A DNA stretch of 64,000 nucleotides from a virus, in the IMG/VR virus record IMGVR_UViG_3300032093_000012, positions 1 through 64,000 of that record; one strand, written 5' to 3'. Shown here piece after piece: positions 29,831 to 38,864 of the stretch. The position numbers were made by a program, and so were the translations under genes. Position 1 is the stretch's first letter. Each line of letters starts with the position of its first letter. A model generated the notes under the pieces. The model ran no database searches and had not been told where the DNA came from. It worked only from the letters and a program-made list of their open reading frames with translations.

Positions 29831-30565
29831 TCAGTAATCTCCAAAATTTTGTACAGCGTTAGAATCACCATTCAATACACTGCCTGTAGCTGGAATAACC
29901 TGTGTTTGTTTTACTACTTCACCAAATATATTTGGTACTCTCGAAGATACTTCTTCAAATCTAGAAGAATTTTGAACGCTTTCATTTCTCCAAGTGAAGA
30001 ATGTAAATGTAACTGGTATTTTTATGATGCTATTTGTATCTCCCCAGTTTAATGGTATATCACCAATAGATATTGGGAAAGCTTCATCCATAACATAATG
30101 AGCGACTATAAAACCTGAATTATCAAATACTTCTAAATCAATAGTTGATCTGTATTCAGACTTGTATTCTAGTAAAAATTTACTATTAGTACTATTATTG
30201 ACATCATAGTCCATAATACTACTTACCCATGTTTGAAAGAAATCGTAATTTTTTCTTTTTGCATCAAAATAAATGTTAAATGTGGCATCAGCAAATGATA
30301 CGGAGTATGGTCTCTTTTCCATAGGACCATAACCATATCTTCTAATTTCATGTGTATTTAAATTAACACCAGGGATAGATGCACTTGCACAAAAATATTC
30401 TAAAGTCCTAGCACCGCTTGTTATACTTGCTTTAGTGTCTTCGTTATATTTTTGACTACTACTTAAAATAGTAGGTGGTGTTATAGTTAAACGAAACTTG
30501 TTGTTCTGAACTAAGCCGCCAGCTTCATTTATTCTTGATACGAAGTTTTGTACATTAAATGACAT
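29831..30565 (-). CDS. Tail-tube-fold protein (gp54/gp19-like tube initiator)
   Basis: C..ASIPG, FFQTW, AFPISIGDIPL.W and VTFTF..W motifs. Confidence 0.7.
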   Translation of the reverse strand: MSFNVQNFVSRINEAGGLVQNNKFRLTITPPTILSSSQKYNEDTKASITSGARTLEYFCASASIPGVNLNTHEIRRYGYGPMEKRPYSVSFADATFNIYFDAKRKNYDFFQTWVSSIMDYDVNNSTNSKFLLEYKSEYRSTIDLEVFDNSGFIVAHYVMDEAFPISIGDIPLNWGDTNSIIKIPVTFTFFTWRNESVQNSSRFEEVSSRVPNIFGEVVKQTQVIPATGSVLNGDSNAVQNFGDY

Positions 30566-31155
30566 TAGATCTTACTCATTGAGTCTGCCCAAACTTTATC
30601 TTTTGACTTACCAACAAATCTTTCTGTTGGTAGCATTATTGCTTTGTCCCAATCTTCAGGACTTACATACTGAAAGTTTGATACAACATGACTGAACAAA
30701 TATCTCTTTATACAAGGTTTAAATTCTTTAAATCTACCAGCAGCATTTAAGAGTTCATAGCTAATCTTAAGTTTAGTTGTATTATCATATTTCTTATTAT
30801 TTATAGTAGAATACAAAGAGTCCATTAACTTGGCTCTTGTATATGGTGGTATATAATGAAGATTAATTCCTAAGAATCCATCTTTATAAAAGTTAATAGG
30901 AAATATTAATGGAAATCTATCATAGTATGGCAAACTATCTTTTGTTTTTGGATCATAAAAAAACATAAACATCTGACCAATAGACGCTGGACTCATCTGT
31001 GGACTATCGAAAGCAGTCTGCATCAGTTTATTTGTGTTTACTTTCTTTATATTACCTGCTTCTGTCCTGAACCACTCGCGAGCATCTGCTACATCTTTCT
31101 GAGAGATGTTTGCTTTACCTGCCTGTTTGGATAATTTTTGAAAAATATATGCCAT
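30565..31155 (-). CDS. gp2: DNA end protector protein gp2
   Basis: G.M.MFFYDPKTKD.LPYYDRFPL, GFLGINLHY and PCIKRYL motifs; start reassigned to MAYIF, coupled to the gp4 stop. Confidence 0.93.
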   Translation of the reverse strand: MAYIFQKLSKQAGKANISQKDVADAREWFRTEAGNIKKVNTNKLMQTAFDSPQMSPASIGQMFMFFYDPKTKDSLPYYDRFPLIFPINFYKDGFLGINLHYIPPYTRAKLMDSLYSTINNKKYDNTTKLKISYELLNAAGRFKEFKPCIKRYLFSHVVSNFQYVSPEDWDKAIMLPTERFVGKSKDKVWADSMSKI

Positions 31156-31595
31156 TAGTATTTTATGTTCAACTCTTTTTCTGTTAAAATAAGAAACTGC
31201 CAATTACGTTCTTTACAGAACTCATGAGCAGCTTTCCACTTAGAGCTATTTATTCCCCAAGTCATGACTTCATTAATATATCTCTTTGTCTTCTTATTTT
31301 GCTTTTCTGGTTCTACAGTTTGTTTAAGAGGCTTAATCTCGACAACCAGAGTTTGTGATTTTCCATCTTTAACTTTTTTCTTGATATAAAAATCTGGAAA
31401 ATAGCGATGTATTCTACCATCTATCGGTGATCTATATGGTATTGAAAACTCTTCACTTCCCCATTCTAATATTTCTGGATGAGAATCTACATAAAGCATG
31501 AATTTAAGTTCCCACCCTGACCTATAAATAATATTAGTCGGGTCGCCTTTATATTTTTGAGGATTTTTTGGTTTGAAGTAGCCTTGATGTAACAT
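31155..31595 (-). CDS. gp4: Head completion nuclease gp4
   Basis: PKNPQKYKGDPTNIIYRSGWE, HRYFPDF and EIKP motifs. Confidence 0.95.
   Translation of the reverse strand: MLHQGYFKPKNPQKYKGDPTNIIYRSGWELKFMLYVDSHPEILEWGSEEFSIPYRSPIDGRIHRYFPDFYIKKKVKDGKSQTLVVEIKPLKQTVEPEKQNKKTKRYINEVMTWGINSSKWKAAHEFCKERNWQFLILTEKELNIKY
31523..31530 (+). promoter_or_regulatory. Late promoter TATAAATA, probably for the gp48-gp26-gp51-tape measure operon (inside gp4, opposite strand)
   Basis: Exact consensus about 90 bp upstream of the gp48 start. Confidence 0.6.
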
Positions 31596-31600
31596 ATGAG

Positions 31601-31608
31601 TATTTATA
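31601..31608 (-). promoter_or_regulatory. Late promoter TATAAATA for the gp4-gp2-baseplate operon
   Basis: Exact consensus 5 nt upstream of the gp4 ATG, implying a nearly leaderless mRNA. Confidence 0.75.
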
Positions 31609-31617
31609 GGAAAAAAG

Positions 31618-32499
31618 ATGGCATCTAATTTACAGACTAATCAGTCTAATTCAACACAAAAAACAGAAGCGCCGGGTGTAGCTACACCGGCTGTTGGTGT
31701 ATCATCTACAACACCAGTAGATGATATTAGTAAAAAACAAAAAGAAGCAACCGGTTCACCACAAAGATATAACTTTTTAGAAGATGAACCTAGATTTTTT
31801 GTAAGTATAGGTGTTGGTTCTTTCGAAAGACTTAATGCATTTGAAGTATCAAAAACGACTACATTAGGACAAATAGTATTACCTATTCCTGCAGGAATAA
31901 CTGATGCTAATCATATTGAATATTCACCTGATACTCTTGGTGATCTTGGTGCAGCTGCGGTTGCTGGAGCAGGAGCTTTAAAGAGTGATGAAGCAACTGA
32001 AAAAAATGTTGGTGCGATGGCAGCAGGCATAGGTGCTGGTGCTGTTGCTTCTGCTTTTGGAAATGCTCTTAGTAAAATGACGGGTGGTTCTAATGTAGCT
32101 GGGGCTGCTGGTCAAATATTTGGTATGGCTAAAAACAATTTTCAAGTTATCATGCTTAAAGGTCCTTCATATAAAAAACATGAAATGAATTGGAAACTTG
32201 CACCTAAATCACAGACAGAATCTGATGAATTAAAAAAAATGATTAATCAAATAAATAATTGGTCAGCACCAGGTATAGCATTTAGTGGAACTTATTTCAC
32301 ATTTCCAAAAGTATTTAATATATCATTTGTTGGAACTGATTATCTTTATAAATTTAAACCTTGTGTATGTACAGATGTCTCAGTAAACTACACTGCTTCT
32401 GGTGTACCATCGTTCTTTAAGAATGGTGCACCTGAAAGCGTTAATTTAAAACTAAGTTTTTGGGAATTAGAATATTGGTTATCAGGCCAATTTGGATAA
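31618..32499 (+). CDS. gp48: Baseplate tail-tube cap gp48-like
   Basis: I.LPIP, F.GP..K.H...WKLAPKS..ES, PCV.TDVSVNY and L.F.ELE motifs. Confidence 0.75.
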   Translation: MASNLQTNQSNSTQKTEAPGVATPAVGVSSTTPVDDISKKQKEATGSPQRYNFLEDEPRFFVSIGVGSFERLNAFEVSKTTTLGQIVLPIPAGITDANHIEYSPDTLGDLGAAAVAGAGALKSDEATEKNVGAMAAGIGAGAVASAFGNALSKMTGGSNVAGAAGQIFGMAKNNFQVIMLKGPSYKKHEMNWKLAPKSQTESDELKKMINQINNWSAPGIAFSGTYFTFPKVFNISFVGTDYLYKFKPCVCTDVSVNYTASGVPSFFKNGAPESVNLKLSFWELEYWLSGQFG

Positions 32500-32522
32500 T
32501 AGTTTAATAATGGAGAAATATA

Positions 32523-33239
32523 ATGTTACCTAAGCTTACACACCCAACTATTGACGTGACTATTCCATCTACTAAGAAGAAGATTCGTCTTAGACCAATG
32601 CTAGTTAAAGAAGAAAAGATACTTCTCTTTGCTAAAGAAAGTAAAGAAGATATCGATATCTTTACGGCTATCAAACAAGTAGTAAATAATTGCATAGTAA
32701 CACCTAATGCAAACGTTAATGATTTTACTATCTTTGATCTTGAATATGTCTTCTTAAAGATAAGAGCATTTTCTATCAGCAACTCTAGCAATGTTTCATA
32801 TGTTGATAATGAAGATGAAAAGATCTATGATTTTGTTGTAGATCTAGATAAAGTTGAAGTTGTATTTCCAGAATCTGTATCAAACATGATCAAGGTTGAT
32901 GATAAGATTAATATACAATTAAGACATCCTTCTGCAAAGATGTATGATGATAAAGAAATGCTTTTAAAATCTGACAATTTAAACGAGCTTGTAGATTATG
33001 TGATTAAATCATGTATTGAAAAGATATTTGTTGGAGACGAAATACACGATATCAAAAATGCTACTGATAAAGAACTTAATGAGTTTTTAGAAAGCCTTCC
33101 GGTTAAAGTCTATGATAGCATTAAAGACTTCTTTAATAATGTTCCATCAGTGAGATATGAAATAAATTATAAGAACTCTCTTGGTAATGACAGGAAGATT
33201 GTGCTCTCTACGTTAAACGATTTTTTTACGTTTCGCTGA
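32523..33239 (+). CDS. gp26: Baseplate hub assembly protein (annotated gp26 in T4-like phages)
   Basis: MLPKL..P...RP.LVKEEKILL, FDLEYVFLKIRA.S; ends L.DFF. Confidence 0.9.
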   Translation: MLPKLTHPTIDVTIPSTKKKIRLRPMLVKEEKILLFAKESKEDIDIFTAIKQVVNNCIVTPNANVNDFTIFDLEYVFLKIRAFSISNSSNVSYVDNEDEKIYDFVVDLDKVEVVFPESVSNMIKVDDKINIQLRHPSAKMYDDKEMLLKSDNLNELVDYVIKSCIEKIFVGDEIHDIKNATDKELNEFLESLPVKVYDSIKDFFNNVPSVRYEINYKNSLGNDRKIVLSTLNDFFTFR

Positions 33240-33418
33240 GCCATAATACACTTGAGAATTACTATAAGACAATATTTAGCTTGGCTCAGCATCATAAATA
33301 TTCGATAGAAGAAGTTGAAAATATTATACCATTCGAACGTGATATCTATGTTACACTTCTAAATGAATATCTTAAAAGATTAGAAGACGAACAAAAAGCG
33401 AAGAAAAATGGCAGATAA
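33221..33418 (+). CDS. gp51: gp51-like baseplate hub assembly catalyst; no ATG, probably reached by -1 frameshift
   Basis: Absent from the ORF track. Manual translation: FFYVSLSHNTLENYYKTIFSLAQHHKYSIEEVENIIPFERDIYVTLLNEYLKRLEDEQKAKKNGR*; QHHKYS...P.ER.IY is the family signature. Confidence 0.85.
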   Translation, partial: FFYVSLSHNTLENYYKTIFSLAQHHKYSIEEVENIIPFERDIYVTLLNEYLKRLEDEQKAKKNGR

Positions 33419-36400
33419 AAAGCAGCGTACTCCAGAAAGACAGAGACAAGTAGAATCTCGTGCTAGTCGCATGGAAAGTACTAGAAATGCCAGAAATTGG
33501 GATAATTCAGAAGCCAACTTATCTACCGGTCAAAGAGTCAGAGGAATGGCAAGAGCTTCTGTTGCTGAAGCTATTGGTGATAAGTTTGGTATATTAGGAC
33601 AAAGAGCAAGCGATAAAATAAAAGGTAAGACCGGTCCTAGTATCGGTCAGATGGCCAAAGCCGCTGGTAAAGAAGCTATTGCTGAGAAGTTTGGACCTCT
33701 CGGTAAGATAGCTACGATGAATAGAGGTGATAAAAAAGAAAGTAATGCTACCAAATCTAAATCAGATTCGGCTACAGAAAAAACCTCTAAACAATTAACA
33801 GATATAAAAAATAGCAATGCAAATAATGCTAATATGCTTAGAAGTATGAAAGGCAGTCTTAGAGCTATAGATCAAAAGCTAGAAGATATTCTATTCTCAC
33901 AAGAGAGAATGGAAAATATGCTTAATAGAATGATGATGGATAGAAAAGCTTCTGCTTTTAGTGGTGATACTTCTCAATCATATGTGCCAACTCAAGATGA
34001 CGGTCCACCAGATAATGGTGGTGGACCAAATATTGATATTGATATTAATCGTAGAGGTAGAGGAGCTAGAGGTCGACCTGCGCCTAGAGGTGCAGGAGGG
34101 GCTGCAAGAGGAGCAGGTTTAGCTTCAAGAGCAGGTAGCTTTTTAGGTTCTGCTGGAAGACTTGCAATGGGTGCAGGTCGTTTAGCTATGATGGCAAATC
34201 CTTATGTATTAGGTGCAACTGCTGTCGGTGGTCTTGGTTATCTTGCATATAATGCTGCTAGATCTAGAAAAGAAAAACCAGAAGAAGCAGAAAAATTTGA
34301 TCAGACTCTTAAAACTGGTGGTGCTAGATCACAAGTCATACAAGGTCCAGAAGCTGAGAGACAGCAATTTGCAGATAAACCAATACCAGAAAAGAAGCTT
34401 TCACCAACTGAGCTTCTAAAGAAATTTAATCTAACGCAAAATGATGTTGTTGGTATAAGAGGCAACATCATTTCGCTTAAAGATGGCAGAAAAATTGATA
34501 CTGTTCAACAGACATTTGTTGATATTAAAGATGCTGCAATGGCGCAATCTGCTATTGATCAGAAAACTAATCCGCTTCCAGAAGAAAGATATGATACTGG
34601 TGCAGATTTTAGAGAAGCAGAAGTCGTAATGAGAGACGCTGCTATCAGTTCTAAAGATCCAAGAGAACATCTTATAGCTGCAGTTAAATCTGGTAAAATT
34701 AAAGACTTTAATAGTTTTATGGAAGGTTTAAGAGCAGCGGTATCTGCTGCTGGTATTAAAGATAACAGAGATATAGAGATCTCGAAACTTAGAACATGGG
34801 CTTTTGGTCAAGTTGCTAAAGCTCGTGGCGGGCAAACCAGTGGCTCTGGTCCAGAATTAGTAGAAGCATTCATAAGATTATATGGCGGTACGCCAGATGC
34901 ATCAAATCTAGAGTTTGAAAAATCTGCAGCCGAAGAGATGAAAAAATCTATGTCTGGTGAACCTCAGACCGGAGCAGCAGAAATGCCATCGACACCTGCT
35001 CCTGCTGCTGGCGGTGACTCTGCAACACCATCAACACCTGCTCCAGCAGGTGGCAGCAGTGAAACACCTCCTGCGGCTGGCGGTGCAACTACTCCTTCTG
35101 TAGCTGGTGGAGCGACACAGGCTGGTCCTCCAAGTGCTGTTACACCTTCTGCCGGTGGTGATAAAGGTGCTACACCTAGAAGTGGTTCTGAACAATCATT
35201 ATTAAGTGCTGCAAAAACTGCTGGTATAAAAGATACTGAGTTAGCTCAGTTCATGGCACAGATGGCGCACGAAAGTGGTAACTTCAAGTATCTTCAAGAA
35301 ATTTGGGGACCAACGTCTACACAAAAAAGATATGAAGGAAGAAAAGACTTAGGTAACACACAGCCAGGTGATGGTTATAAGTTTAGAGGTAGAGGGTATG
35401 TACAACTAACTGGTCGTGCTAACTATAGATCGTTTGGTCAACAGATTGGTGTAGACTTAGAGAATAATCCAGACTTGGCTTCTCAACCAGATATAGCAGC
35501 AAAACTTGCTATAGCTTACTGGAATACACGTGTAAAGACAAAAGTAAGAGACTTTGAAAATACAAGATTAGTAACAAGACTTATTAATGGTGGTTTCAAC
35601 GGGCTCTCAGATAGAGAAGCAAAGTTTAAGAAGTATAAAGAACAAAAAGATTTAGGAGCAGCCGGTGGCGCTGCTGGATCTGCTGCACCCGGAGCTGAAG
35701 GTGGTGGTGCTACATCCGCCCCATCACCAAGTGCTGGTGGTGCTGGTGGTCCTGCAGCTCCGGGTTCTGCGCCAGGTAGTACAATGGAAGGCTTTATGCC
35801 ACCAGGAGCTCCTCAAGCCGGAGGCGGTGCTGGCGGATCGGCTGGCGGTGCTGGAGGTACTGGAGGTGCCGGTCCTGCTGGCGGAGCTGGAGGCGCTCCT
35901 GGAGCTACAGAAGGACCACCAGCACTTGCTCCTCCAGGATCAGGACCAACTGGACCAGCAACTGAGGGAGCTGGTCTTGCTGCTGGTGATAAGTCAGGTC
36001 AAAACGGTATGTTGCCACCATCATCTCTTGCACCTGTTGGTGTAGGAAGTCATAAAGCTCAACCAGTAGCAGCTGATGCATTTAAAGCAATGAGAGCAGC
36101 TGCAGCAAAAGATAAAGTAGATCTTGGCATAACAGACTCTTATAGATCTTATGCTGCGCAGGTTGATGTTAAGAGAAGAAAGCCAAATCTAGCTGCTACT
36201 CCAGGCAAGTCAAATCATGGTTGGGGACTTGCATTTGATATGAGTTTTGGTAGCAATCAAAACAGCCCTGGTTATAAGTGGATGGTCCAAAACGCATCTA
36301 AGTTTGGATTTAAAGGACCACTTCAAAAACCATTCGAACCGTGGCATTGGGAATACAAGGGTGGTGGTAGCCCAGATGCAATGGCAGCAGCAGGAGCTGG

Positions 36401-36914
36401 TGGCCAAAAAGATGCAGCACCTGCAGGTGCTGAGGGTGGTGGTGCAACTGCTGCACCTAGTCCTGCCGGAGGAGCAGGCGGTGGCGGTGGTGGAAGTGGT
36501 ATGCCTTCAGAAGGTGCTAGCGGTGGTGGTGCAGGAGGTGGTGGTTCTATGGCTGCAGCTTCTCCAGCAGGTGGTGGCGGTGGAGCTCCATGTCCACCAG
36601 CAGAAAATACTGCTAGACCTGCAACAACACCAGTAGAGACTGGAGCAGATCTTAATAGACGATCAACAGATGTCGAACTATCAAAAAGTTCAGCGCAGCC
36701 ACCGATTGTTGTTGCTGGTGGAGCTGGTGAAAAAGCTGGTCATACAGTACCGAATGGTGGTGGAAATGCTGAGGGTGGTGCAATGTCAGCTGTACCACAA
36801 GGCGGGTTTGCTGAACAACTGGCTTCTGGAATTGCTGGATCTCTTGTTGAGAGTACAGGCAGTAACAGCATGAGTATGAATAGAAGAGCAGCTGGCGGAT
36901 CTATGGTTGCATAA
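33408..36914 (+). CDS. Tape-measure-like tail protein with GH19 lysozyme and M15 peptidase domains
   Basis: Helical A/G-rich N-half; AQMAHESGNF...GDGYKFRGRGYVQLTGRANY (GH19, ~35190-35640); SYRSY..Q...PGKSNHGWGLAFD...EPWHWEY (M15B/VanY, ~36040-36360); gp29 position after gp26/gp51. Confidence 0.8.
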   Translation: MADKKQRTPERQRQVESRASRMESTRNARNWDNSEANLSTGQRVRGMARASVAEAIGDKFGILGQRASDKIKGKTGPSIGQMAKAAGKEAIAEKFGPLGKIATMNRGDKKESNATKSKSDSATEKTSKQLTDIKNSNANNANMLRSMKGSLRAIDQKLEDILFSQERMENMLNRMMMDRKASAFSGDTSQSYVPTQDDGPPDNGGGPNIDIDINRRGRGARGRPAPRGAGGAARGAGLASRAGSFLGSAGRLAMGAGRLAMMANPYVLGATAVGGLGYLAYNAARSRKEKPEEAEKFDQTLKTGGARSQVIQGPEAERQQFADKPIPEKKLSPTELLKKFNLTQNDVVGIRGNIISLKDGRKIDTVQQTFVDIKDAAMAQSAIDQKTNPLPEERYDTGADFREAEVVMRDAAISSKDPREHLIAAVKSGKIKDFNSFMEGLRAAVSAAGIKDNRDIEISKLRTWAFGQVAKARGGQTSGSGPELVEAFIRLYGGTPDASNLEFEKSAAEEMKKSMSGEPQTGAAEMPSTPAPAAGGDSATPSTPAPAGGSSETPPAAGGATTPSVAGGATQAGPPSAVTPSAGGDKGATPRSGSEQSLLSAAKTAGIKDTELAQFMAQMAHESGNFKYLQEIWGPTSTQKRYEGRKDLGNTQPGDGYKFRGRGYVQLTGRANYRSFGQQIGVDLENNPDLASQPDIAAKLAIAYWNTRVKTKVRDFENTRLVTRLINGGFNGLSDREAKFKKYKEQKDLGAAGGAAGSAAPGAEGGGATSAPSPSAGGAGGPAAPGSAPGSTMEGFMPPGAPQAGGGAGGSAGGAGGTGGAGPAGGAGGAPGATEGPPALAPPGSGPTGPATEGAGLAAGDKSGQNGMLPPSSLAPVGVGSHKAQPVAADAFKAMRAAAAKDKVDLGITDSYRSYAAQVDVKRRKPNLAATPGKSNHGWGLAFDMSFGSNQNSPGYKWMVQNASKFGFKGPLQKPFEPWHWEYKGGGSPDAMAAAGAGGQKDAAPAGAEGGGATAAPSPAGGAGGGGGGSGMPSEGASGGGAGGGGSMAAASPAGGGGGAPCPPAENTARPATTPVETGADLNRRSTDVELSKSSAQPPIVVAGGAGEKAGHTVPNGGGNAEGGAMSAVPQGGFAEQLASGIAGSLVESTGSNSMSMNRRAAGGSMVA

Positions 36915-36946
36915 AAAAGAAGGGGGCTTTCGCCCCCTTTAAGTTT
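36913..36946. terminator. Rho-independent terminator between convergent genes, probably bidirectional
   Basis: AAGGGGGC-TTTC-GCCCCCTT hairpin; U-tract on the minus strand and a weaker one on the plus strand. Confidence 0.85.
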
Positions 36947-37847
36947 AAGCCTTAAGCTTCTTGAAGAATTCCATCTCATCTTCCTCTTCTTCACTTTCTT
37001 CAATCTTAGGAGAAGGTGAAGATTTAAATTGAGGAGCAACTGAAGTACGAGCCCACGGCACATCTTCTTCTTCAGCTTTACGAGAAGTCGCAGCAGCAAC
37101 ATCAAGGACTGTGTTGAGCTTAGTCTTCAAATCATCATAACTCTTGAAGTTTTCAGGAGCAAGGAAAGTCTGAAGAGTATACTCTTTCTTCCACAACTTT
37201 TCAAGTTCTTCATCATCACTAAGCAATGCAGAAGTTGCGCTGAACTCTGACTTATCATAGTTGCGATAGCCTTCAACATTACGAATCTTCAAGTTGAAGT
37301 TAGCTCCTTGCCAGAAATCAAACGGGTTGATAGGAGCTTCATCAGGAAACTGAGGATTCATTAGATCGTTGAGCTTATCAAAGATCTTCTTGCCATACTT
37401 AAACAAGAATACCTTTCCTTCATTTTCAGGATTAGCAGGATCCTTAACAACATAGATGTTAGAGATATAATGAAGGCGGCGCTTCTGTGCACGAGCTTGC
37501 TTACGAGACTCTGAATTATCATCTGATGACAGATTCCACAGATAGCTATTGTACTCGCTAACAGGATCTTTCTGTCCGATTGAAGTAAGAGAGTTTTCGA
37601 TGTACCATTTACCCGATGGTCCCTTAAAGCCATGATCAAAGAGACGAACGAACGGAATATCTTCCCCCGCTGGTGCAGGAAGGAAACGAATTACTGCGTA
37701 ACCGTTACCAGCTTTATCTACTGAAGGTGACCAGAAACGATCATCACCCTTCTTCTGTTCTTGGGGATTTGAAAGCTTATTAAGTTCAGCAGTAAGTTTA
37801 TCGAGTGACTGCGAAGATGCTTTCTTAAGTTGTGAAAAGTCTACCAT
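36945..37847 (-). CDS. gp32: Single-stranded DNA-binding protein gp32
   Basis: DDRFW.P..DKAGNGYAVIRFLPAP, WYIENSL, FKYGKKIFDK, NYDKSEF motifs and acidic tail; start reassigned to MVDFSQLKK after GGAG. Confidence 0.97.
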   Translation of the reverse strand: MVDFSQLKKASSQSLDKLTAELNKLSNPQEQKKGDDRFWSPSVDKAGNGYAVIRFLPAPAGEDIPFVRLFDHGFKGPSGKWYIENSLTSIGQKDPVSEYNSYLWNLSSDDNSESRKQARAQKRRLHYISNIYVVKDPANPENEGKVFLFKYGKKIFDKLNDLMNPQFPDEAPINPFDFWQGANFNLKIRNVEGYRNYDKSEFSATSALLSDDEELEKLWKKEYTLQTFLAPENFKSYDDLKTKLNTVLDVAAATSRKAEEEDVPWARTSVAPQFKSSPSPKIEESEEEEDEMEFFKKLKA

Positions 37848-37913
37848 TGTATTTCTCCATATAAGCGTTGTATTGCGTTGTATAACAGTGTGTAACAGCA
37901 ACAGCTGCACATC

Positions 37914-37921
37914 TATTTATA
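37914..37921 (-). promoter_or_regulatory. Late promoter TATAAATA upstream of gene 32
   Basis: Exact consensus in the gp59-gp32 gap. Confidence 0.75.
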
Positions 37922-37927
37922 TTCTCA

Positions 37928-38521
37928 TCAGCTAAATTTGTCAACTATAATAGATTTTATTTTAGCTGTATCAAAGTTCAAGAAAGCTCTATACTTCTTG
38001 ATCTTAAAAGAAACCTGATCCCAGATAGGATCGTCTTTAAGTTTCTTATTCCAATGTTTGAAACAACCAGTCACTTCAACTAAGATGACAAGTGTCTCTA
38101 TTGAAATCTCTTTTCGAAGGTAAAGTTTTAGAAGATGTGGATGATCATACTCTTCTACCAAGAAGTTTTCATCAAAGTTTTCTTTGAGCTTTGATAGTTC
38201 TGACTTAAACATATAAGACAGTGACTCGATCCTCTTGATCCAATCATTGTATCTAGTCTGAGCGACTTCATTATATGCTAGGTCTTTAATCCATACTTTT
38301 TGATCTTCAACGAAATTAGCGATCAAGAAACCCTTAGGATCTTTATGCTTAGCTAATTTTTCGAAGAAGATCCTATCTTTACGAGTGTTAAATGAATCTG
38401 CTCTAACACTAGTCTTACCATTATATTTTATGTAGTCATAACTCTTCTGAGTAAAGTGGTTCTTTAAAGCCACATACTCTTTATAACAATCAAAAGCAGT
38501 CATCTTACGATCTGTATCCAT
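37928..38521 (-). CDS. gp59: Helicase loader gp59
   Basis: Y.ALKNHF....YDY.KY.GK...F..RKDR.FF.KL and ISIETL motifs; order 33-59-32. Confidence 0.92.
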   Translation of the reverse strand: MDTDRKMTAFDCYKEYVALKNHFTQKSYDYIKYNGKTSVRADSFNTRKDRIFFEKLAKHKDPKGFLIANFVEDQKVWIKDLAYNEVAQTRYNDWIKRIESLSYMFKSELSKLKENFDENFLVEEYDHPHLLKLYLRKEISIETLVILVEVTGCFKHWNKKLKDDPIWDQVSFKIKKYRAFLNFDTAKIKSIIVDKFS

Positions 38522-38749
38522 TTAAATTGGAAGTCTTGCACTCTTCTTCATGAAATTAAGATTCTCTGCTTCGTATTGAAGCTTTGATTTCATCACTGGA
38601 TCTTTCTTAATAATGCTAGCCAAGAACTCAATCTCTAGTCCTGACTTCTCACAGTAGTGCACGATCGCATCGATATACTCTATGTTTTTATCTCTCACTA
38701 AGTTCTCGATCTCTTGCACATAGTTCACATTAAAAATAAGATCTTTCAT
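38522..38749 (-). CDS. gp33: Late transcription coactivator gp33
   Basis: YIDAIVHYCE...EIE...K.KL..EAENLNFMK motif. Confidence 0.92.
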   Translation of the reverse strand: MKDLIFNVNYVQEIENLVRDKNIEYIDAIVHYCEKSGLEIEFLASIIKKDPVMKSKLQYEAENLNFMKKSARLPI

Positions 38750-38765
38750 TGATTACTTTCTAAAT

Positions 38766-38857
38766 TGGTAGGGGTGCCCGGATTCGAACCGAGTCAAGAA
38801 CGCTAATCGGGCGCTAAAGGGATTATAAGGCCCTCCCGTGTACCAACACCCACCCCC
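38766..38857 (-). tRNA. Atypical tRNA with UAU anticodon (nominal Ile) and long variable arm
   Basis: Acceptor GGGGGTG/CACCCCT-ACCA; T arm CTCGG-TTCGAAT-CCGGG; anticodon loop CTTATAA; compact D arm GTGT-TGGT-ACAC; variable stem AGCGC/GCGTT. Confidence 0.75.
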
Positions 38858-38864
38858 ATAAACT

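Noticed and set aside
38766-38857. Ochre suppressor or selenocysteine tRNA, implying an alternative genetic code
   Set aside because: The 7-nt loop CTTATAA centres on TAT, not TTA or TCA; conserved genes are intact in code 11 and end at expected positions with TAA, TAG and TGA.
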